From an uncultured Spirochaetota bacterium (GTDB taxonomy: Bacteria; Spirochaetota; UBA4802; UBA5550), in NCBI GenBank assembly GCA_937872225.1, contig CALMRZ010000017.1, positions 30,325 to 94,324 on the forward strand: a stretch of 64,000 nucleotides of DNA, read 5' to 3'. The notes under the pieces are model-generated. The model was not told the origin of the DNA and searched no databases. It saw only the letters and a program-made list of their open reading frames with translations. Shown here in pieces: positions 40,913 through 50,303 of the stretch. Every line of letters starts with the position of its first letter. Position 1 is the stretch's first letter. The position numbers and the translations under genes are program-made.

Positions 40913-41794
40913 CTATGATGTGAAAGATATTATTTTTTCCAGATTCCGTAAAAACCTTTTCTGCATCAGCCTGTTTCTCACAAAGGGGGTTTTGTTGATC
41001 ATGATTTCCATGGAATGAAACAGGAGAACAAGTTCGGGGTTGTCATATTTCCTTGATAATTCACGGATGATGCCTTTTTGCTCAAGAACGCTCATGTGAG
41101 TCGGGCGCAGCCAGCGATAAAAAAGCCAGTTATCGGGCAGAAATCTTCCCGCGATGCCGAACCTCTTTCCGGCTACGGTAACCGGATATTCCATGATGCC
41201 GGCACTTTCCTCCCGTGACGCCGGTTTACATAAATCATCCCTGCTGATCCAGTACGGCTGCAGCGGCGCCTTCCGGTGGTCCGGACCGCCAATGCCCGAC
41301 CAGTCGATCCCCGGCGTCACGGAACTGTCGAACCGGTACCCCAGATCTCTGAGGATATGGATTGTGTCAATGTCCGCGCCATACCGGGCAGCCCTATACC
41401 AGAAAGGGCGGAAGTCCAGGCGTTCCTCGATCAGCCTGGTCAGGTTCCGTATTTTTGCGAGCTCGGTATCGGTGTCATGGGCATAGCAGGGAAATTCCGC
41501 GGAAACGGCTCCGGCAGGATCCTTGATGGTCACCGCGGGCTCGATGTATTCGGAATGCAGATGGGTGCCGATGACGGCTCCTTTGCTTATTTCTGATTTC
41601 AGGACCCTGCAGCACCCGTCGTCCCGGACCACCTCCGGGGACACAAAGTATATGGGCTTGATCTGGTGCGCGTCCCAGAGAGGCCGCAGCAACCCGGGAA
41701 TTCCCTCTGTTACGGATGTGAAGGTGAGGGGTGACGACCGGCGCCATGCCGTGTCGCAGTCAGGCTCTGTGTCAATTGTCACGTAGAGAACCAT
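40913..41794 (-). CDS. Polysaccharide deacetylase-like (WalW-type) protein
   Basis: 'YVTIDTEPDCD' N-terminus, an 'HLHSE' metal-site-like motif, and 1-nt spacing from the upstream GT4 gene. Confidence 0.5.
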   Translation of the reverse strand: MVLYVTIDTEPDCDTAWRRSSPLTFTSVTEGIPGLLRPLWDAHQIKPIYFVSPEVVRDDGCCRVLKSEISKGAVIGTHLHSEYIEPAVTIKDPAGAVSAEFPCYAHDTDTELAKIRNLTRLIEERLDFRPFWYRAARYGADIDTIHILRDLGYRFDSSVTPGIDWSGIGGPDHRKAPLQPYWISRDDLCKPASREESAGIMEYPVTVAGKRFGIAGRFLPDNWLFYRWLRPTHMSVLEQKGIIRELSRKYDNPELVLLFHSMEIMINKTPFVRNRLMQKRFLRNLEKIISFTS

Positions 41795-41795
41795 A

Positions 41796-42884
41796 TCAAC
41801 TCTGCAACAGGGATATATAGTCCTGGATCACGTGGTCCCAGTCAAACCGCTCCAGGGATAGTTTAACCGGGGCCGGCCTCCGGTTTAACAAGTGCTGCAG
41901 TTTTTTCCTGAGATCATCCACATTTTCTTTTTCAAAAAAATAACGGTCGTCCTTGAGTATAAAACGATGGCCCCCAATATCGGAGACCAGGGGATAGCAT
42001 CCGGCGCTCACCGCTTCAAGGACCGTCAGGCCGAAGCTTTCAAAATAACTGGCGGAAATGAAAATCGACGCCCTGCCGTACATTTTCTTCATCTCAGGGC
42101 TGTCATTATCGATCCATCCCAAAAATTTCACGCTGCCCTTCAGACCGTTCTCCTCCGCCTTCTGCTTCAGCTCCTCCCGGTAGGGACCGTCGCCGACAAT
42201 ATCCACTTTCCATTCGCCGAGGTCCATGCCCTTCAGGGCATCCAGGATATCCTGCACCCCTTTATTGAAAAAAAGACGGGCCACAACAAGGATTCTTTTT
42301 TCCTTTTTCAACGGCCTGAATCTCTGCAAATCAAGGCCATTGGCAATGGTCATAAAGGTTCCTTCCCGGGTAATTTCCTTGATTTTTTCTATGAGATAAT
42401 CGGATGGAGCGGTAACGCACTTGGCGTGCTTCACGATCATCTTCCAGGGTCCCTTTAATAAAGGATACAACAGGGCAAACCGGTTATTGTGGCCCAGCAC
42501 ATCGCTGCCATGGGAGGTGAGGATATAGGGCAGCCTGAATTTCTTTTTAACCCAGAGAGCCAGGACGCCGACGGGAATTATGAAGTGGGTATGGTTGATG
42601 TCATACCTGACTGATGCAAGGCGCTTTCTCAAAAACCACCATGCTGAGACAAGATAGGTCACCTGCTCCCAGGGATGGCATATCTCTATTTTGGAGCGCC
42701 ACGATTTGACCCGGAACACGTTTATGCCGTCAATGACTTCAAAAGACGGGAGGGTTTTATAGCTCATGGTGACCACATCAACCTCATGGCCATGTTCGAC
42801 GTAACCCCGGGCTATTTCAAGACACACGGGGCTCGCTCCGCCGCCGATCGGGGTAAATTCATAATTCAGGAACAATATCTTCAT
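41796..42884 (-). CDS. Family 4 (GT-B) glycosyltransferase
   Basis: 'GGASPV' N-terminal loop. C-terminal 'SYFESFGLTVLEAVSAGCYPLVSDIGG' EX7E-type motif. Confidence 0.8.
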   Translation of the reverse strand: MKILFLNYEFTPIGGGASPVCLEIARGYVEHGHEVDVVTMSYKTLPSFEVIDGINVFRVKSWRSKIEICHPWEQVTYLVSAWWFLRKRLASVRYDINHTHFIIPVGVLALWVKKKFRLPYILTSHGSDVLGHNNRFALLYPLLKGPWKMIVKHAKCVTAPSDYLIEKIKEITREGTFMTIANGLDLQRFRPLKKEKRILVVARLFFNKGVQDILDALKGMDLGEWKVDIVGDGPYREELKQKAEENGLKGSVKFLGWIDNDSPEMKKMYGRASIFISASYFESFGLTVLEAVSAGCYPLVSDIGGHRFILKDDRYFFEKENVDDLRKKLQHLLNRRPAPVKLSLERFDWDHVIQDYISLLQS

Positions 42885-43039
42885 CGGTGAAAAACCTTAT
42901 TCAATAATACTCGTCAGCTATGCGCCGGTGGGCATTAGCTTGCCAGCGGTTATTATTTATTCAATAACATTTTCCCCTTCATATGACAAATAACTATTTT
43001 CATTTTTTGCAATATTACACCGTTATGCGTATAAAACTG

Positions 43040-43067
43040 TTGAAAATTATAGCTATTTATGTATAAT
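43040..43067 (+). promoter_or_regulatory. Candidate sigma70 promoter TTGAAA-16 nt-TATAAT for the response regulator
   Basis: Near-consensus hexamers. The -10 lies on the first ATG of the ORF-track model, implying the true start is the ATG at 43083 with a leader of only about 8 nt. Confidence 0.5.
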
Positions 43068-43082
43068 GCTACGAAAAATACC

Positions 43083-43733
43083 ATGAAAAATCAAATCGCA
43101 TTATTGTCGGATAATCAGGAAATCCAGGGGATAATCAGCGGCTATTATCCCAGCGTGGAACTGTTCATCTTCAGGTCAATCGAAGCCATCAAGCGTGACG
43201 ATTTTTCGATTCTCATCACTGATTTCGATATTTTCGGTTCCACTGATTCGATCCAGTTCCTGCTCTCCAAAATCAGAAAAAAAATCCAGGAAAAACCGGT
43301 GCTTCTTATCTTGAGGGACAGATCAATTTCCGAGCTGAAAACAGATTGGTTCTTCAACGATTTCATATTATTCCCTTTCAAGAAAGAAGAACTTTTCGTC
43401 CGGATCAACAGGATACTGTGGCAGAAGGGCATCGATGACGACTCAATATCCATCGGGCGCCTGATCATCAATTTCAAAGAATACAGCGTCTACATGGACA
43501 ATGAAAAGCTCGATCTGACCTACAAGGAATTCGAGCTTCTCCGCCTCCTTGTCATGAACAAGGGGGAAGTCTTCTCCCGCAAGGACCTCCTCGGGAAAAT
43601 ATGGGGAGTTGAATATATCGGCGGCACCCGAACCGTTGACGTTCACATCCGGAGACTCCGCGGCAAGCTCGGAGATGAATTCAATTCCATCATAGAGACT
43701 GTCCGGAATGTCGGGTACCGCTGCAAGGTGTAG
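43083..43733 (+). CDS. OmpR/PhoB-family winged-helix regulator with degenerate receiver domain
   Basis: C-terminal 'LTYKEFELLRLL...TVDVHIRRLRGKL...TVRNVGYR'. The receiver keeps a candidate Asp ('ILITDFD') but lacks the conserved Thr/Ser ('LILRD') and Lys ('ILFPF'). Confidence 0.75.
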   Translation: MKNQIALLSDNQEIQGIISGYYPSVELFIFRSIEAIKRDDFSILITDFDIFGSTDSIQFLLSKIRKKIQEKPVLLILRDRSISELKTDWFFNDFILFPFKKEELFVRINRILWQKGIDDDSISIGRLIINFKEYSVYMDNEKLDLTYKEFELLRLLVMNKGEVFSRKDLLGKIWGVEYIGGTRTVDVHIRRLRGKLGDEFNSIIETVRNVGYRCKV

Positions 43734-43851
43734 CAGGTCCAGAGAAAATTACTTGCTATTTTTAGCAGTATTTTTTAGTTGTACGGTACATCGTTTGATT
43801 CTGGCTGTGCATAATTCCGCCAGCCAGTAATGAATTTCTACGAGGGCATGT

Positions 43852-44358
43852 ATGAACCAGTTAAAAAAAATAAAAAAGGTGCTTGAGGTCGCCTATACCG
43901 AAAATCTTGACGAATATGAACTCCTGGTCAAGAGACTGAAAAAAGAACTTCCCCTTTTTAACGGCGCCAAAAGGATCGCGGCAGCCGTTCTCAAGGAATA
44001 CCTCGGCGATATTTCAGGGATCGAGATCCCGAAAGAAAAAATTTATCAGAATACCGAAACCGGCCAGGTCGTGTTCGAGGACATCAAGGATGGAAGGGCC
44101 CGGCTCTTTATCAACATCGGGAAAAACCATAACATCAGCACCGGTGACCTCATACGCGAAATAGTAAAAAAATCCGGCGTCGACGGCAAATCCATAGGAA
44201 AGATCGATATCCATTCGACCTATTCCTTCTTTGAAATCCCGGAACAGTTTGCGGAACTCGTTCTGCATTCCTTTGACGGCGCCAAGATCAAGGGCCTCAA
44301 CGTTGTCGTGGAGCCCGCCAAGAAAAGAAAGAAAGAAAAAGAAGGCGAAAAAGCATAA
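43852..44358 (+). CDS. Stand-alone DbpA/DeaD C-terminal RNA-binding-domain protein with Lys-rich tail
   Basis: 'ARLFINIGKNHNISTGDLIREI...GKIDIHSTYSFFEIP...' matches the RRM-like domain at the end of DbpA/DeaD helicases. No helicase core. Confidence 0.55.
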   Translation: MNQLKKIKKVLEVAYTENLDEYELLVKRLKKELPLFNGAKRIAAAVLKEYLGDISGIEIPKEKIYQNTETGQVVFEDIKDGRARLFINIGKNHNISTGDLIREIVKKSGVDGKSIGKIDIHSTYSFFEIPEQFAELVLHSFDGAKIKGLNVVVEPAKKRKKEKEGEKA

Positions 44359-44370
44359 ACGGCCAGTTGC

Positions 44371-45198
44371 ATGGCAGACAGCACGCCACACTGTCCGGTA
44401 TGTTCTTCGCCATCGCCACGGCGTATACGTGATAATCTTTATCTATGCAACCCCTGCGGTATTACCTTTAATACCGCCTATGCTGTCAAATCGTACAGCG
44501 ATACCTACTTTCTCGACGAGTACCGGAACCAGTACGGCAAGACTTACATTGAGGACTATGACACCATCTATTCCCTGTCTTCCGGCAGGCTTAAGACCAT
44601 ATTCAGTTATCTTCCGAAAAAAACGGCAAGATCGGACCTGTCAATCCTCGACGTTGGTTCTGCGGCGGGATTCTTTCTTTCCTGCGCACGGGACATGGGT
44701 GCAGGCTCCGTAACCGGCATAGAGATATCAGACTATGCCTCGGCATATTGCATTGAGCATTTCAATATACCGGTCATGCGTTCGCCTTTTGCCCAGGTCA
44801 CCTTACCGACTTCCTACAGCATTATCACCGCGTGGTATTTTATTGAGCACACGGATGATCCTGTTTCCGTGATGAAGAAAATTCATCGTTCTCTTTACCC
44901 GGGCGGTGTCTTTGCCTTCTCTGTGCCGTCGATCTTCGGGCCCTTATTTGTATTTGACCGGGACAGCTGGGTGCGGACTCATCCGACGGATCATTATATG
45001 GATTTTTCTCCGCGGGGTATAAGAAAAATACTTACCGGGATAGGCTTCAGGAAAATTCATGTCAGGGCTGCCGGCATTCATCCGGAGCGGATCGTCGATC
45101 CTCATTCTGTCTTCTTCAGGCCCTTTGCACTGCTCTATGGATCAGTATCGCGGTTGATATCCTTTTCCGATACGATGGAAGTGTATGCGGTTAAGTAG
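44371..45198 (+). CDS. Class I SAM-dependent methyltransferase with N-terminal zinc ribbon
   Basis: 'CPVCSS...CNPCG' ribbon. Motif I 'ILDVGSAAGFF'. 'PGGVFAFSVP' post-II region. Confidence 0.7.
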   Translation: MADSTPHCPVCSSPSPRRIRDNLYLCNPCGITFNTAYAVKSYSDTYFLDEYRNQYGKTYIEDYDTIYSLSSGRLKTIFSYLPKKTARSDLSILDVGSAAGFFLSCARDMGAGSVTGIEISDYASAYCIEHFNIPVMRSPFAQVTLPTSYSIITAWYFIEHTDDPVSVMKKIHRSLYPGGVFAFSVPSIFGPLFVFDRDSWVRTHPTDHYMDFSPRGIRKILTGIGFRKIHVRAAGIHPERIVDPHSVFFRPFALLYGSVSRLISFSDTMEVYAVK

Positions 45199-45231
45199 TG
45201 TGCATGTTTTTCAAGCGGGCGGCAGCTCAAC

Positions 45232-47748
45232 CTAGATGAATACTTCGCGGGGCTTGCTGCCGATCTGCGGGCCGATATAACCCATGTCCTCCATTTGCTC
45301 GATAATCCGGGCCGCCCGGTTATAGCCAATGGAAAGACGCCTCTGCAGATATGAGGCCGACGCTTTCTTTGTTTCCTCTATTATTTTGAGGGCTTCCTGG
45401 AACAGTTCATCGGACGCCTCATCAATTTCTTTCGATTCTTCTTCCTCCATAAGGCTTTCTTCTATGTCAATATAGGATGGTTTGCCCAGCCTGCACAGGT
45501 GTGTAGCTATCTTTTCAGTTTCTTCCTCTGAAATAAACCCGCCCTGGATGCGCATGGGGAAGGAACTGGTCGGTGACTGGTAGAGCATGTCTCCCCGGCC
45601 GAGAAGCTTCTCAGCACCGTTTTGATCGATGATGGTGCGGGAATCCGTTTTCTGCGCCACCTGGAAAGCGATGCGCGCCGGGAAATTAGCCTTGATGAGA
45701 CCGGTTATGATGTCCACCGAGGGCCGCTGGGTGGCAACGACAAGATGGATTCCGACGGCCCTGGACTTCTGGGCAATTCTCGTTATGTAGCCTTCGACTT
45801 CCTTGGAACTCATCATGAGGTCCGCCATCTCGTCAATGATGACGACGATATAGGGCAGATGCTCCGTCCCGTCCTTGAGCCGCTTCACCTTGTCGTTATA
45901 ACGCTCTATGTCGCGGGTGTTCATCGCGGAAAGGAGGCTGTACCGGCGTTCCATTTCATGCATGGTCCATTTCAGCACCATCGGCGCGACCTGCGGGTCA
46001 ACGATGACCGGTGTCAGCAGGTGGGGCAGGCCGTTATAGAGCTGCAGTTCCACCATCTTCGGGTCGACCAGGATGAAGCGCAGGTAATTCGGGTCATAAT
46101 TGTAAATCAGGCTGGTAATGATAGAATTGACGCATACTGATTTCCCCGACCCCGTGGTCCCGGCGATCAGGAGGTGGGGCTGCCGTTTGAGGTCAAGCAT
46201 CACCGGTTTTCCCAGGATGTCCTTGCCGAGGGCCACCACCAGGCTCCCCTCGTTATTCTTGAATTCATCGGATTTCACGATATCGCCGAGGGTGACCGTT
46301 TCGCGGTACAGGTTTGGTATCTCAATACCGATGGCTGACTTGCCGGGAATCGGCGCCACGATGCGGACACGTTGCGCCGCCAGAGCCATTGCTATGTCAT
46401 CGGCAAGGCTCACGACGCGGTTGACCTTGATACCCGGCGCTATCTGCATTTCATAGAGGGTAATGACCGGACCGCGGTTCACGTTGACGACCTCAGCTTC
46501 GATGCCGAATTCAGCGAGTGTATTCTTTAAAAGGACTGAATTTCTGTGTATCTCCTTCTTCCAGCTTTCAGTGTCCAGCGGTTTGGACGATGTGAGATAG
46601 TTGGTCGGTATGATATATTCCTCATTGATCGGTATCTTGTCAAAAACCCGCTCGGTGCAATCCGCACAGACATTGTTCATTCCAGCAGAATCCTCTTTAT
46701 TCATTGTTGCTGCCGCTGTTTTAGCGTCTTCTGTTACATAGTCATCAAAGCCGCTTTCTTCAATGCCATCCTCATCAATGCGGGAAACACCGTCATCACC
46801 ATCCGCGCTGTAGGATACATCTCCGCCATCCGCCTCACCTGCTGTATCACCGCTTTCAATAGCATAATCACCTTCGTTGAGAATAACCTCCGTATCCTGA
46901 TCGATGACTGTTTCTGCAGGTTCGTCCAGAAGCCGCCGGCCGCTCTCTATTTTTCTGTCAGAAACAAGCGTGTAATACCTGTCCCGCGATGAATCAGGGA
47001 TGGCGCGGAAGGGCAGGGCCTCAAGGGGTGATCTCGGCGACTCAGTCTCATACACGATTATTCTTTTTTTTGTGATCCAGGGAAACTTACGGTAACTGTC
47101 TTCAACTTTTTTTTGGCCCATCGACCGGTGAGATGCCTCTTCCTTTCCAGAAAACAACGGTATGCAGTCAACAATATTTTTCAGACTTCCGGAAAAGCGT
47201 GCCGTGATTTCATGCTGTTCGCGCTTTGGTCCAAGAAACAGGACAACCAGCGCTATCGCCATGAAAATGGTAATACCTGACAGGAGGATATACGAAGCGG
47301 TTCTTCCGATAGTTTCGATGCACAGGCAGCTGATGGCCGACCCTGCATATCCCCCTGACAGCTGGGGCACCTCCCCCATAAAGAGAGACAACACCGCAGA
47401 GAGACTCAGCATCAGTAAAAGCAGGAGGGCGGATTTTTCCGTTACCTTGTCCATCCAAGCGGCCCTGATAAGATAAAGGCCGGGCAGGGCCAGAACGCCG
47501 GCGAAGCAATAGGACGCACCGCCGAACAGGGAACGGACGAGGTAACCGATCCATGCCCCCACGGGTCCTACTATAGTATTGACCGGTGCGTTGGAAGCCA
47601 GCAAATTATAATCAGAAGGATCAAATGCGGCTATTGATACAAGGCAAAAAGCAGCAATAGCGATCAGCACAGCGCCCAGAATTTCCTGATTCCGTTTCAA
47701 GAACACGTTATGATCCTCCTTCCGCAATGAGGTCCACACAGAAAGCAA
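45232..47748 (-). CDS. ftsK: DNA translocase FtsK
   Basis: N-terminal TM helices, acidic linker, motor domain 'HLLIAGTTGSGKSV' and 'VVIIDEMADL', and a C-terminal gamma wHTH 'ASASYLQRRLSIGYNRAARIIEQME'. Confidence 0.9.
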   Translation of the reverse strand: MLSVWTSLRKEDHNVFLKRNQEILGAVLIAIAAFCLVSIAAFDPSDYNLLASNAPVNTIVGPVGAWIGYLVRSLFGGASYCFAGVLALPGLYLIRAAWMDKVTEKSALLLLLMLSLSAVLSLFMGEVPQLSGGYAGSAISCLCIETIGRTASYILLSGITIFMAIALVVLFLGPKREQHEITARFSGSLKNIVDCIPLFSGKEEASHRSMGQKKVEDSYRKFPWITKKRIIVYETESPRSPLEALPFRAIPDSSRDRYYTLVSDRKIESGRRLLDEPAETVIDQDTEVILNEGDYAIESGDTAGEADGGDVSYSADGDDGVSRIDEDGIEESGFDDYVTEDAKTAAATMNKEDSAGMNNVCADCTERVFDKIPINEEYIIPTNYLTSSKPLDTESWKKEIHRNSVLLKNTLAEFGIEAEVVNVNRGPVITLYEMQIAPGIKVNRVVSLADDIAMALAAQRVRIVAPIPGKSAIGIEIPNLYRETVTLGDIVKSDEFKNNEGSLVVALGKDILGKPVMLDLKRQPHLLIAGTTGSGKSVCVNSIITSLIYNYDPNYLRFILVDPKMVELQLYNGLPHLLTPVIVDPQVAPMVLKWTMHEMERRYSLLSAMNTRDIERYNDKVKRLKDGTEHLPYIVVIIDEMADLMMSSKEVEGYITRIAQKSRAVGIHLVVATQRPSVDIITGLIKANFPARIAFQVAQKTDSRTIIDQNGAEKLLGRGDMLYQSPTSSFPMRIQGGFISEEETEKIATHLCRLGKPSYIDIEESLMEEEESKEIDEASDELFQEALKIIEETKKASASYLQRRLSIGYNRAARIIEQMEDMGYIGPQIGSKPREVFI

Positions 47749-48041
47749 CTCCCACAGCCGCCTTGCAGTCTCTCATTTCTCCGATCCAGCCGATTTATGT
47801 TCACCGCTGCTGATTCAAGAGATAATGGGACTTCATCGAAAGCACCGGTAAAAAGAATGTCCCATGGCATAATTTCGACATAGACCATTTCCTACCCGGC
47901 CTGACTGGACCTACCTGTTCTCATTTTCGGTTTTTTTGGGGATTTTTTTTAGCAGGGATATGCACCGTAATATAATAATCACCGGTGCATTAATATCTAA
48001 AAACAATACAATTTATATATAATGTCATATAGAAATACTGT

Positions 48042-49694
48042 TTAGACTTCAAGAATCTCAACAATGATAAGGGGATTTCTTTTGGTGAGTTTGTATACGT
48101 GGTTTTTCAATCCCTTTTTCAAGCTTGCCAATATGTCGTTGGTCGAATTTCTTTCCGCCAGAAGTTTTTTCACCTTCTCATTGAGGTCCCTTTTTATTAA
48201 TTCCACGATTTTTTCCTCCTTGTTCCCCAGGAATCCACGGGAAAACACGTCTGGTTCTCTCATGAGCATGCCTCCAGAAACAACTATGGCCACAAACAGT
48301 ATACCGTCCGAAGACATCGCATGACGATCCTTGATCACGTTACTTTCGATATCGCCGATTTCTTTGCCGTCCACGTAAATTTGCGACAGCTCAATTGAAT
48401 CGACCTTCTTGAAGCTCTTGGCGGTCAACTCCAGTACGTCACCGTTATCGGCAATCATTATGCGCGACGTCTTGATGTTCAGCGATTCGGCTATCTCGGA
48501 ATGCGCCTTCAGGTGGCGGAATTCACCGTGTATGGGCATGAAAAACTTGGGCTTGGTGACCGCTATCATGAGCTTCAATTCCTTGGAGGATCCGTGACCT
48601 GACACATGGATGTCATCGTCCTGGTCATAATACACTTCCGCACCCATCTTCATCAAGGAATTGACCACGTTCGTTACCATCCGCTCGTTCCCCGGGATGA
48701 CCGACGCGGTAATTATCACCGTGTCCCCCTTCTCTGCGAAAAAATGCCGGTGCGTCCCGTACGCCATCCGGTACAGGGCCGACATCGGCTCGCCCTGGCT
48801 TCCCGTCCCGATGATGACCAGTTTTTTGTTCGGCAAAGAACCGGCCTTTGAGATGTCGATGATGAGATCATCACGGTAATTCAGGTACCCGAGGGAATTG
48901 GCAATCTCGACGTTTTTCTGCATCGTCAGCCCGGATATCACGATCCTGCGGTTATAGCGCTGGGCCACGTCCATGACCTGCTGTATCCGGTGGATGTTTG
49001 ATGCGAAGGTGGCCACGATAATCCTGCCGTTGGCGGATGCAAAGATATCGGTCAGCTTGTCTATGAGGACCGATTCCGACTTGGTGAAGCCTTCCCGCTC
49101 CGCGTTGGTGCTGTCCGACATCAGGAGCAGGACCCCTTTTTCCCCATAATCGGCGAACCGGAATATGTCCGTGACATCCCCGTCGACCGGGGAAAAGTCT
49201 ATCTTGAAGTCCCCGGTATGGATGATGGTTCCGATGTCGGTCTGTAAGGCAAGGCCGACGCCCCCTATTATTGAATGGTTCACCTTGATGAATTCGACTT
49301 TAAAGCATCCAATCTGCCTCTGATCGCGCGGCTCGATCTCAATGAATTCAGGATCCTTTTTAGGCGGGATCTCCTCCAGCCTGCTCTGGATGAGTCCGAT
49401 AGTCAGCTTTGTCGCGTAGATGGGGGCGGATATTTCTTGAAGCAGGTAGGGAATCGCGCCGATATGGTCCTCGTGCCCGTGGGTAACCAGGATCCCCTTG
49501 ACCTTGGATTTATTTTTTCTGATATAACTGAAGTCCGGTATTATATAATCGATGCCCGGCATTTCTTCTGTGGGAAACATGATGCCGCAGTCTATGATGA
49601 TGATTTCATTCCGGTATTCGAAAAGCGTGATATTCTTCCCGATGCCGCCCAGGCCCCCCAGGGGGATTATTTTGATTGCCTTATGATCCTGCAT
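48042..49694 (-). CDS. rnj: Ribonuclease J
   Basis: Metallo-beta-lactamase 'THGHEDHIG', beta-CASP 'HVSGH', and 550 aa length with a C-terminal domain. Confidence 0.9.
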   Translation of the reverse strand: MQDHKAIKIIPLGGLGGIGKNITLFEYRNEIIIIDCGIMFPTEEMPGIDYIIPDFSYIRKNKSKVKGILVTHGHEDHIGAIPYLLQEISAPIYATKLTIGLIQSRLEEIPPKKDPEFIEIEPRDQRQIGCFKVEFIKVNHSIIGGVGLALQTDIGTIIHTGDFKIDFSPVDGDVTDIFRFADYGEKGVLLLMSDSTNAEREGFTKSESVLIDKLTDIFASANGRIIVATFASNIHRIQQVMDVAQRYNRRIVISGLTMQKNVEIANSLGYLNYRDDLIIDISKAGSLPNKKLVIIGTGSQGEPMSALYRMAYGTHRHFFAEKGDTVIITASVIPGNERMVTNVVNSLMKMGAEVYYDQDDDIHVSGHGSSKELKLMIAVTKPKFFMPIHGEFRHLKAHSEIAESLNIKTSRIMIADNGDVLELTAKSFKKVDSIELSQIYVDGKEIGDIESNVIKDRHAMSSDGILFVAIVVSGGMLMREPDVFSRGFLGNKEEKIVELIKRDLNEKVKKLLAERNSTNDILASLKKGLKNHVYKLTKRNPLIIVEILEV

Positions 49695-49701
49695 AGATCG
49701 C

Positions 49702-50136
49702 CTACACTCCTGAATGACCGAACCCGCCGTCGCTCCTGTCTGTCTCGCTTAAATCACCGGTAACGATAAAATGACCCCGGTAAATTTTGTTGAACACCAT
49801 CTGGGCAATGCGCATGCCGTTATCTATGGAAAAATCCTTGTTCCCCAGGTTGGTAATGATGACCTTAACCTCACCGCGGTAATCCGAATCTATGGTACCG
49901 GGCGTATTGAGCAGGGTAATACCGTGGTTAATGGCAAGTCCGCTCCTCGGGCGAATCTGCGCCTCGTAACCATCGGGTATTTCCATGGTCAGACCGGTAG
50001 GTACAAGCTTCGTATCACCGGGACGCAGCGTTATCGGTTCTGTTAGGAACGCGCAAATATCGGCCCCTGAGGCGCCCTTGCTGTGATAGGAAGGCAGTTT
50101 TGCACCGGGCCGGGCATGTATTTTTATCGGAACCAT
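49702..50136 (-). CDS. dut: dUTP diphosphatase
   Basis: 'GASGADI', 'RPRSGLA', 'GTIDSDYRGE' and C-terminal 'RSDGGFGHSG'. Confidence 0.9.
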   Translation of the reverse strand: MVPIKIHARPGAKLPSYHSKGASGADICAFLTEPITLRPGDTKLVPTGLTMEIPDGYEAQIRPRSGLAINHGITLLNTPGTIDSDYRGEVKVIITNLGNKDFSIDNGMRIAQMVFNKIYRGHFIVTGDLSETDRSDGGFGHSGV

Positions 50137-50303
50137 ACGCAGAATTACATGATTGAAGATTGCTCGAACTTTGTCAAGTTAATAGCATAACCAGTGAATC
50201 ATCCTTTTTTTATGCTTCCCCGTGCGCTATATGAAATATTTATTGCCTCACCCGGACCGTACCGATATTATACCATATAGATACTTGGCGTGGATGCAGA
50301 ATC

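Noticed and set aside
47960-47990. 8-bp hairpin ATGCACCG...CGGTGCAT downstream of RNase J as its terminator
   Set aside because: On the minus (gene) strand the hairpin is followed by an A-run, not a U-run. The T-runs lie on the wrong side for a canonical intrinsic terminator.
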